Positions 1 to 9,008 of a stretch of 64,000 bases of DNA are shown here, one piece after another; the first letter of the stretch is position 1; each line of letters opens with the position of its first letter. The position numbers were made by a program, and so were the translations under genes. Source of the stretch: Oikopleura dioica (taxonomy: Eukaryota; Animalia; Chordata); the NCBI GenBank assembly GCA_907165135.1, contig OU015570.1, positions 1,612,001-1,676,000 of the forward strand. The letters run 5' to 3'. Below the pieces are notes generated by a model. That model was not told the DNA's origin and searched no databases. It saw only the letters and a program-made list of their open reading frames with translations.

Positions 1-584
1 CTTGACGACTCTTTTCTTGTTTTTGATTCTCTTCTGTGGCTTTTTCTCAGTGGTTCACTCATGTTTCTGATTTGGATCATCCGGTTTTGGTTCTAGCTCG
101 GCTCTAGAATAAGCTTATTATTTTGGGTGTAGATCGTCAAATTTATCAGTTGCGTGATGGAAGCGACTAACAAGCCGATTCAACAAGAAAAAAATGCAAC
201 TAATCAGGAGAACGATAAAAAAAAGGCTGAGGAAGCTGAGAAAGCTTCCAAAAAATTTGTCATGGCCGCCAATCACCTCAAGATGAAAGTTTTGCCACCG
301 CCGACAAGATTAGAATACGACGATGTTTTAAATGGATCAGAGTCTAATCCTCAAGTAATAACGATCCAAATGGACTACGGTTCGCTCCGTATTTATGTGA
401 AGGAAGCACTTTCCCTGTTTTTGTTCCATATTTCAACAAGGGACATCTCAAAATCGATTCAATTCGACAAAAAAGGAACGCTTTGAATCTCATAAAACAT
501 ACCTTTTGATAAGTTTTGATGGCTCTTAGCAGCGCTCAGGCCATCTCGATTAGAGTATCATTCCAAAATACCGATATAGACCTC

Positions 585-655
585 GGCGAGTTGGTGCAGT
601 GGTAGCACTCCCCGTCCGGACGTGGGCAACCTAGGTTCGATTCCTAGACTTGTCT
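585..655 (+). tRNA. tRNA-like sequence (pseudo-tRNA or SINE head) with aberrant anticodon arm
   Basis: Acceptor stem GGCGAGT/ACTTGTC; D stem GTGC/GCAC; T stem CTAGG/CCTAG with TTCGATT loop; A box TGGTGCAGTGG; B box GGTTCGATTCC; TTTT at 659-662. The anticodon stem is mismatched and has no canonical U33. Confidence 0.6.
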
Positions 656-673
656 GAATTTTCAGCTTGAGCG

Positions 674-1354
674 ATGTTAAAAACCATCAGTTTAATGTCG
701 TTTTCTTCTAACAAGCATTTTCATTGGTACTGTCCGGGTCGATCTTGTCGTAACCATCATTCACTGAATATTAATTTAGCAGTTGTTTTTTTATTTAAAG
801 CGCATGAAAAGGCAGGGCCTATATTCGGGCTACGTGTTCGGCTAAAAATCGAGGCTGTTGCAAAAGATTGGTCATTTTTTTATCCTGTCATGATCCGACG
901 CAAGATGCATTTTGGCATGCAAAAAATTTTACTATTGAGGAAGTTAAAGGAACTGTTTAAAGAAATAATGATCAAAGATAAGCTACAAACCAATAATTTG
1001 AACTCTATTGAACATAAAAAGGCACTCATGGGTCGAGAAAAAGAGTCCCTTGGAACTTTCGCAACATGTCTAAAGAACAGAAGCTTTTGGCGAAAAAAAT
1101 TGATGGAAATGGCGAAGGAAATAGATGGATGTGTACAAGAATTTACGAGAATGAAAGAAAGTTACGATCTATGGATATCTTTGACCAAGCAACACGACGC
1201 AATAAGGCCACATTTTAAACAACTACGTGCAGAGCTGCAAAAAGCGAACGGATGCATTGTAATTGGACCTGATGATGTTAAGCTTTCAAATTCGAAATCG
1301 CAAAAATTACTTGCGAATAAACTGTCGGAAAGGATGATTAAATACTCACCTTGA
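674..1354 (+). CDS. hypothetical protein, probably transposon-associated
   Basis: 226-codon ORF just upstream of the MULE transposase; no recognisable motif. Confidence 0.25.
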   Translation: MLKTISLMSFSSNKHFHWYCPGRSCRNHHSLNINLAVVFLFKAHEKAGPIFGLRVRLKIEAVAKDWSFFYPVMIRRKMHFGMQKILLLRKLKELFKEIMIKDKLQTNNLNSIEHKKALMGREKESLGTFATCLKNRSFWRKKLMEMAKEIDGCVQEFTRMKESYDLWISLTKQHDAIRPHFKQLRAELQKANGCIVIGPDDVKLSNSKSQKLLANKLSERMIKYSP

Positions 1355-1523
1355 TTCATCAACCACTAATCTTCGTACAGCTGAAGGTTATTCCAAGTAA
1401 AACAGCTCTATCATCTAGCGCGTAGTCTTCTTTGATTTCAGTGATTCTTCTTATAGCGCACATGTGGATTCGTTTTCCTAAATGTAGTTTATAATCATTC
1501 AAAAAAAGAAATATCGTAAAGGC

Positions 1524-2396
1524 ATGGACCAGGAAGACGCCGACCCATTTATTGTTGCCGACTTTATTGGCGGCGAAAAATACTATTGTACTGGGCAAGG
1601 ATACGAGCATGAGTGCTTCTCAAAATTTAGAGTCTACGCAACAACAAATGATTGGGCAAATGTCGAAATTGCGCCAAAGTTGGGTTTTGATGGAAACTAT
1701 AAAATCGGTAAAGAGGCGAAAAAAGAAGTTAATGGCGGAAAATCGTGGCAAGTCATTATCATCTGCCAAGCTGGACGATTTTTTTTATCCCAAACGAAGA
1801 ATTTTGCGAGCATTCGAATTGTTTGTCTGCTACCATCGAAAAAATCGGAGGACTACGAGCTCTTGTTATCTGGGATTCTATGGAAAACTAAAGGCCTGAA
1901 AAATTTGCGAGCGATATCATTAGACTACGAGACTGGAATACGCTGTGCTCTTGCAAAGTGCTTTGGGGAAGCTGTAAAGCATCTTTATTGCAGCTTTCAT
2001 CAAGCTCAAGGAAAGTTTTAAATATTATTACCTTTGATCGATAACCAGGAACATTGACTTTCCACTTCTTCTCTCCATCGTTAAGCATAAACGACTCGAA
2101 TCCTTGAAATTAATTATTAAAACTTGAAAGCGATCCAAAGAAACGCTTGCTCAAAAGAGTACAAACTTGGTGACGTTTGGGATAAGCCAAAGGCGAAAAC
2201 ATTTCGCGCACTTTGTGCATCTATCCCGTACATCCCTTTGTATTTAGAAGTTGTCAACAAAATGTTTGTTGCTGCAATGGAGGAGGAAGTTATCGTGCTC
2301 GAAAGAGATGATCCAAAATGGCGCGATCTATTCAATTACATTTTGGGCACATACGTTCTACACAGTTCGACTTTCTCCCCTTTAGGAATGGATTGA
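1524..2396 (+). mobile_element. MULE/Mutator-type DDE transposase, N-terminal part (exons 1524-2010 and 2131-~2388)
   Basis: MULE-domain motifs: 'VCLLPSKKSEDY', 'ISLDYETGIRCAL', 'CSFHQAQ|AIQRN' (CxxH), 'LFNYILGTYV'. Confidence 0.8.
2011..2130 (+). other. non-canonical GA...AG intron in MULE transposase
   Basis: Joining G2010 to C2131 gives GCG and restores the consensus-like 'FHQAQAIQRN' in frame; donor gaaag, acceptor ttgaaag. Confidence 0.6.
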
Positions 2397-2438
2397 AATT
2401 ACCTCGGGAATGGGATGGATATGGGAGTGGGAGTTTAC

Positions 2439-2598
2439 CTAAGCATTGAGATTTGTTGGGATTGTTTCGATCGCCAAAGTGTCGCTGCTTTCGGCACTTG
2501 GATGGAGAAGCAGATCGGCTTCGTCGAGATCCGCGGTTAGATCCTCGGGAGTCACTTCGAGATCTTCTTTGTCGATCAGGGGATCGTTTAAGAGGCCC
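2439..2598 (-). pseudogene. TRA2: captured transformer-2-like exon (RS region up to RRM start)
   Basis: 'RSRSASPSKCRKQRHFGDRNNPNKSQCLG' resembles the Tra2 motif 'RRHxGNRxNPxPxxCLG'; bounded by AG acceptor and GT donor; RRM absent. Confidence 0.7.
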
Positions 2599-2642
2599 CT
2601 GATACATCATTGTTTAATCTGCTCGTAAAACCCTTAGTGTAC

Positions 2643-2798
2643 CTTAGAACGGGACAGGCGGCGTGCCGGGTTCTTTCATCGCCAGAGCCATTTGGCAATA
2701 AATTGTACCAGAAAACTGCCGAGCCCTTGATCGATCGAATGTGGAGACCGAGCTCGGACTGTTCCTCCGTCTTGTTCGACAGTCGTCAAATATGAAAG
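2643..2798 (-). pseudogene. P4HA: captured prolyl 4-hydroxylase alpha exon (catalytic C-terminal region), frameshifted
   Basis: 'LSYLTTVEQDGGTV / ELGLHIRSIKGSAVFWYNLLPNGSGDERTRHAACPVLR' matches the P4HA motif 'KGxAVFWYNL...GD..TRHAACPVL'; small deletion shifts frame; flanked by 44-nt and 55-nt GT-AG introns. Confidence 0.85.
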
Positions 2799-2853
2799 CT
2801 AAATTTCAGTTAGTCATTGTTGTTTTCAATCAAGAAAAACAACGGTTTCGCAC

Positions 2854-4271
2854 ATTCTCGCCTTCAATTAAGCTCGTGTCAAGGGTCGACTTCTGCGCCT
2901 TGAAATCAGCAGCGGCTTGCTCCATCTTAATCAACTCGTGGCGGATGATCTGTTTCCATCATTGTCCAAGTGCTGGAGTTTTTCCTCCAAATGAGCGATA
3001 GTTCGGCTCAATTCAACCTTGTCAGCAGCGAGTCCTTCATTAAGCGCGGCAAACTTAGCGAGTTGTTCGCGAGAGCCTGCTTCTTCCGTTCTGAGATGGT
3101 TGAGTTTGAGCTCGGTCTCGTTAAGAGCACATTCGGCTCGTTGAAGAGCTTCGCTTGTTTCATGTCGCTCCTGGTCAGCAACGTCCCGTTCGAGCTCTGA
3201 TTTCTTGAGTTGCTCTCGGATGGCAATGAGCTCTTCTTTTAGAGACGAGCCTCGTTGTTCCAGAAGCTCTATATTTCGCTGAGAGCGCTTGTCATCCTCA
3301 TCCCTTCGTTTCAGCAGCGCCTGCAGTTCTTCTCGATCCTCCTCGGCCGATTCTTTCTGTGAAGAAAGCTCAGCGATCTTGCTTCGGAGTTTTTCAATGT
3401 CGACTTGGGCACCCTCGAGTTGAGCTTGGAGATTGTTGCGCGTTCGGTTGAGTCCGTCTTTCTCAGCCTGGGCGGTTTCAGCAGAGGCAAGCTTTCTGGT
3501 GATCTCGCGCTTGGCATCGTTGTTTTCAGTGATAGTCTCGTCGAGTTTGCTCTTTGTCTTGGCAATTTCACGCTCCAAGTTTTTGCAGACTTCCAGCAAC
3601 AGCGTCGTAAGTTGTCATCGCGAAGGTAGGGCTGACGGCTCTTCCTGGTGATCTGAGTCGGCGAGATCGTCGGCTAGGCGACGTGGATCTGGTTGGCGAT
3701 CGTGCGCCATCTCCTCGGAGTGATTCCGCTTCGGGAATGGCAACCGACAACTCAGTGTCAGCAATAACGCAGTTAGCAATGTCTCGAAGTGCTTGTTCAA
3801 GCTGGGCTTTTTGCTCTTGGAGATCTTCGAAGCCAGCAGGGTTGATTTCAGACATGTTGAGCGCGGAGAGATCAGCCTTGGCAGTAGAGTTTTCTCGCTC
3901 TGATCGGAGAGAATCTCGAGTAGATTCAAGCTCTCCCTGCATCGTAGCGATTGTACTCTTCAATGCGGCGCGTTCCTTCTCAAAATCGTCCTGGAGTTCG
4001 ATCAGTTCGGAAACCTTTTCGCGAAGTTGCTGTTCCACCTGACTCTTCTCGTCGGACATTCGATCGAGTGATTGTCGTGGCTCTGCAGTGCGCAACTTTG
4101 CGTTGAGATTCAAGCAAGCAGCGTGCATTTGACGCTTTGAGCGCGTGATGTCATCTCGTAAAGTCGAAAGATCCTTGTCGGTTTCATTCCTCATCTCGTT
4201 GTAGTTTCGCTTGAGCATTCGGAAAGACTTCCACAAGCTAGCAAGTTTGTCTTCGTCCGCCATAACGATAC
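2854..4271 (-). pseudogene. CROCC: captured rootletin (CROCC)-like coiled-coil fragment with internal deletion and frameshifts
   Basis: 'KLASLWKSFRMLKRNYNEMRNETDKDL', 'SPTFAMTTYDAV' and 'LRTEEAGSREQLAKFAALNEGLAADKVELSRTIAHLEE' parallel rootletin. Frame breaks near 3580 (about 30-45 residues missing) and near 2960. Both ends are truncated. Confidence 0.8.
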
Positions 4272-4454
4272 CTGAAGAGTTATCAGTGTTAGGAGCAAAT
4301 AGACAACTGTGATTAATAATCCTCAACGTGTCAAAAAGAAAGAAAAAAGAAAGCGATACCAAAAAACACGCATTTCTCTAAAATTCCAGAAAAAACGCGC
4401 ACCCAGAGGCAAACTTACATTCGGGTTGGGCTTTTTGAGGGTCGGGCTGATCTT

Positions 4455-4605
4455 GAGTTTCTCCGCTAGAATTTTGTCGTATTCTTCTCTGATCTGGTCT
4501 TCTCGCTGGCGCAGGAGCGTTTCGCACATGGTCGCCACCTAAAACAGTCATGAGGGTCACTAGTCAATTTGTGTTCGAAAAATGTATTTCTTGGCGTAAA
4601 GAGCC
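4455..4605 (-). pseudogene. AKIRIN: captured akirin C-terminal fragment
   Basis: 'LRQ|VATMCETLLRQREDQIREEYDKILAEKL' matches akirin 'LRQVGxICERLLKEREEKIREEYxxIL'; split by a 52-nt GA...AG intron (4539-4590); terminal 'AEQYDAFVKF' missing. Confidence 0.75.
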
Positions 4606-4942
4606 TTACGTTGCTTATGGTTAGACGAATGGTCGTGTCTGGTTGATACTTTCTGCCACTTGCTGAAAACGAAATAAGGGTATGAATTTGAAACACGCAG
4701 AGGCTGGCACTGTGCCCAGACAGTCAGAGTTCGCCCGCGGCGGTTTCTCCTTGGCCAATCGAGTTTTCAGTTACCTGGGGACTCGAGCGGAGGGAGCCGG
4801 CGAAACTGCGATTCGGACATACTTTCAGACAGACTAAAAACAAAAGCGGTTAGTCATCACTTTCAGGGTCTTTCCGCTTTACCTTTGAAGATCTACATTT
4901 GGCGCGTTATTCTTTTGGCAGAAGTTCCATTCTTTAGTAGAT

Positions 4943-6367
4943 TTGCAGGTCTTTTGCGAGTACTTCGCTGGCTCTTCGTCTTCTATAGGTCGTACAGTGC
5001 CTGAAATATTATTTCAATCCAAAAAAGTTCACTCCGAAAACTCAAGACGGGCCTCCCTTGGAGAATCCTCGCTTACAAACAATGCCGTTGAGTGTATAAA
5101 TGGGGAACTTAGCAAAAACGGGCTAGCAAGAGCGCCAAACATGCGCGAGATGATGACTATTATTGCTAATACGAAGCATAAAAACTACCTAAACGAACTC
5201 GCTATTGCAGAAGGTGTTGTTCCCTGTCCCGAAGAAGATACTAAAGAGTCAATGAAAATTTTTATTCGGTCGCATGCGGTCCGAAAAGTACTCAAAATGG
5301 TGAAAAAACGAAGCTCTGGATACTTTCAAGAGGAAACAGAGGGCGAACTGCAAAAACTCAAGCGACAAATCATTGAGAGCGCCATTGACATTCGTTACTC
5401 TAAGGAGAAAGCTAGCGAGGTGCTCAAAGATCAGCTTTCCTTCAATATTTTTATGCGCGAAATCCCAGAAGACAGGTTTAAAGAAACTCTTGTGAATGAG
5501 ATAAGGAGGCCAACAACGCTCATGTTAAATACAAATTTGGAAAATTTGGAACTTATGGCCGAGCCGAGTATAATTGCACCGCCACCTAATAAAATTCAAA
5601 GGACTGAAGACTTACCTTCGTTTTTGATGAATGAAGAACTTGTTGATCTGGTGCCTGTTCCAACAACGACCGCGTCCTCGACCGAATCCGAAAGCTCTTC
5701 TGCTGCTCTATCAGCGGCGAATGCACCATCGGTAAAGAAATCATCGACCTCGTCCTCGACCGAATCCGAAAGCTCTTCTGCTGGTCTATCAGCGGCGAAT
5801 GCACCATCGGTAAAGAAATCATCGACCTCATCCTCGACCGAATCCAAAAGCACTTCTTTTGCTCTACGAGCGCCAAATGCTCCAAAGCCGTTGTCAGTTC
5901 CGCAGAAGGCAAAGCAGCTCCTAGAAAAAAGATTTTCAATGAAAATGAAGACAAGAAACTGGAAGAAAATTGGAAAAAAGACTTTAAAAAACGGCGAATT
6001 CATGACACTTGGTACTAACGATGAGAATGTACCGACAATTTTGGTCGAATCTTTCATTTATATTCTCAACAAAACACTAGTTGACGAGCATAAAATGGCT
6101 ATTGTACTTCCTCATTGGCTCTTCAATATGTTGGAGATGAAACCTAATCATATTCCTGAGATGATGGCAAGAGATGGCATTAACAATTTCAATGCAAAGA
6201 ACTATCTTGACATCGCAATTTATCTGCCATGTTCTCATCACATATTGAACGACACATTCGCGCATATCTCGATCTCGGCTAGAGTTATAACTATTTACGA
6301 CTTTGACAAAAACGAGTTGGATAGATCAGAAGATTACAGGAAACGTCCGATAAATTATTTTCGATAA
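4943..6367 (+). mobile_element. MULE transposase C-terminal part (catalytic Glu region) fused to Ser-rich linker and degenerate Ulp1-like domain
   Basis: 'LTNNAVECINGEL...APNMREMM' is the MULE TNNxxE motif. 'IYLPC...ISISARVITIYD' and downstream 'AIPAGSKASDCSIY' (~6480-6520) resemble a C48 protease with the catalytic His apparently lost. Confidence 0.65.
5672..5885 (+). repeat. 78-bp coding tandem repeat, about 2.7 copies
   Basis: TCCTCGACCGAATCC recurs at 5675, 5753 and 5831; unit encodes SSTESESSSAALSAANAPSVKKSSTS. Confidence 0.95.
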
Positions 6368-7912
6368 TTATAAATAAGCTCAACAAAATTTTTATGGACA
6401 TTTAAGAAATATTTCCGAAATAATCAATGATAGACTTGTTCAAGAATTCTTGGGCGAAAGATTTTCTTTGGAGATAATGGCCATTCCAGCGGGCTCAAAA
6501 GCTTCCGATTGTTCGATTTACAATTCTATCGCTATGGCTTATAAACTGAGATATCCAGAACAAAATCTTACTTCAAATCATTTCTCACCTTCAAAAAATA
6601 TCCGGCTCAAGTTCGCCCAATGCATACTTGAAGAAAAAATAGATTTTTAAAACTATTATTCTGACATTTTTGATAACAAATAAATATACATTCAACAAGA
6701 AAGAAGTACCTGTTAGTTGAAAATTTCAGCACAGCTACATGTTGATTAATCGCTTCTCTCGCAGCCTTTCTACGAGCCAAATGTTCTGCCTTCATTTCTG
6801 CGATCACTTTTGCAACGATTTTGATTTGTCCCTTGACTTTAATGGTCAGAAATGGGTGCTTCTGTGGTCATTTTTACCTGTGTAGAGAGAGAGAAGCTTC
6901 ATTCGCTGGTAATAAATAAGTTGGAGGCTTTGAAAGGACGAGTTTCAGTTTGTCGATTATGCTCTCTGGTATTTTTGGCGGTTTTCTCGATGGGTCAGAT
7001 TTGGCAACGCATAGTGCGCTTTGCAGTGAGAGTAGCTAGAATTGAGTGAATCGAGAGAAGATCAATTTTGACAACTCACGGGTATGAAAAAGGCAGATCC
7101 ATTGGACATTGATGAACAGCAGATTGGTCCGTCGAAGCTTACTGAATTGGGAGCTCTGTCGAGACAGAGAGCGGACCCAATGATCCTGGCTCCTCTTTCG
7201 TTCGCAGTTGTGACGAGAACTTCAATCGTGGAAGGACAAGAATCCGGAATGCGCCCGCTTTCGCGCATTTCATCCACCCAATTGAGCGAGATACAGTTCA
7301 AGCCGCTACAATCACCGTTAAATACAGTCAGAAAAACTCTATCAGCTCATACGTTTGATTAAAGTGTCTCGAATTGCATGACGGATCCGAGAGGACATGA
7401 ATTTGCTCATCGAATGAGTCGGAAACAGCCAATTCGACTTTCTTCACTACAATCGCTTCTTCTTCGATAAACAAAAAGCCTTCTTGGTCTTTTAAACGAT
7501 TCATTTATCTTGAAAAATAAAAATGGTGACCGAAAAACGGTCCCATCATCGATTTTTAGGAAAAAATGATAAAAAGAATAATAAAGTTAATTTCAGATAA
7601 GTAAAAACAGGAAAATTCCTCCAATAAAATAAATTTAATCTTCTTTCTTCTTTTTTCTCACATGAATCCAAGTTTACGACGAAAAAAAACGAAAAAAACA
7701 AATTTGTGTGCGCTGAATCATCGCTTCATTGAGTCACGATTATTCTCAAAAAGCGCGCGAAGTTTAAATTTTGGCAGGTAAAACTTCTGTTAAAAATTTT
7801 GAAATTAAAAAATATTTTCGAAATCAAAAAAATGTGCTCGAGGGGGGGTCAAGCAGAATTATATTTCGGGTAATCAAGTCGATTTTTGTTTTTGAAAATA
7901 TTCTCATCTCAA

Positions 7913-8042
7913 ATTCCTTACATGGTACAAAAATCCTTACATGGTACATTTCCTTACATGGTACAAATTGATTTTTGTACCATGTAAGGATTTTGTACCA
8001 TGTAAGGAAATGTACCATGTAAGGATCTGTACCATGTAAGGA
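7913..8042. repeat. foldback array of a 15-bp core (3 forward + 4 reverse copies)
   Basis: TCCTTACATGGTACA at 7915, 7934, 7951; TGTACCATGTAAGGA at 7976, 7994, 8011, 8028. Confidence 0.95.
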
Positions 8043-8402
8043 CACCCCTAATTATGTATTGTATCCTTTAAAAGTCATTCTCAAATATGTGTTGCTGAGA
8101 GGAGGATCCTTTGAAGAAGAATGGTCGATAAGTCATGCTAAAACACCTGCTCAACTCACAAATGATTGTGCCCTTCATTGCTGTTTTGGATTATTTCATT
8201 TGATTATTGGCTGTTCAGACTACAGCAAGAAACTCAAAGAAAAAACAATGCAGCTTCGAGGAACACTTCTATCATGTATTCATGATGGAAAGCTTAATTG
8301 CGGATCGACGGATGACTGAACATTCTTTTATTTTATTTATCAGAATTAGAAATAAATTGAAAAAAAACAGAATAAAGTTTTGAGGATTTTTCGACCTTTT
8401 AT

Positions 8403-8875
8403 TATAGGTCTAACTATTCTGCTCGTTTCATAAAAAGAACACATAATTCCGCCAAAGGCAATTGCGCGTCTGACGCCCGCCCGCCTTACCACTGCTCTTG
8501 GGCGCCGCCTACATTTTTTGAAATGGCCTTCGGCGCCGCGAGATGAGCTAGTTCATTTTCAACTGTCTTTCCTGAATCTGAACTACGCCTTCTGAACTTC
8601 AATCACTACAACTCGTTGTGAACTGCTACAACTCGTTGTGAACCTCTTCTTTTCGATCCGAGCTGTTCTTACTGACCATCACCTGTTCCAGCTGTATACG
8701 AAGCAAAAGTAAAGCCTATATAAACCCTCTTACACTCTCATTCTCAACCACTCAGAGATACTTTTGTGGACAATAAACCAAAACTAACTTTTAACCTTTT
8801 TTAACCTTCATTCAACTCTAGAGTTGCCTGAAGTTGCGTTGTGTTATTTCTTTGCAGAATAGTCTAACCTATACA
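8403..8875 (+). repeat. 5' LTR of element 1
   Basis: TATAGG...CCTATACA; contains TATATAAA (~8717) and AATAAA (~8772); matches 15365-15835. Confidence 0.95.
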
Positions 8876-8878
8876 AAT

Positions 8879-8885
8879 TGGTGAC
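8879..8885 (+). promoter_or_regulatory. primer-binding site (short, tRNA-Trp-like)
   Basis: TGGTGAC 3 nt after the LTR; complementary to the 3' end of eukaryotic tRNA-Trp (...GUCACCA) over 7 nt only. Confidence 0.55.
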
Positions 8886-9008
8886 TGAATCAAACGGAAC
8901 GCCCAAAGAATAAGAGAGCTAACGATCGAAGAGAGCTGCAGTGAAAAGTGCTTAACGATCGAAGAGAGCTGCCGTAAGAAAACACCTATTGTAAGTACCA
9001 AAATATTA

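Noticed and set aside
154-486. Named product for the first ORF
   Set aside because: No motif recognised, and its context extends beyond the window edge.
2854-4362. Functional rootletin gene
   Set aside because: Truncated at both ends, internal deletion with frameshift, and flanked by fragments of unrelated genes.
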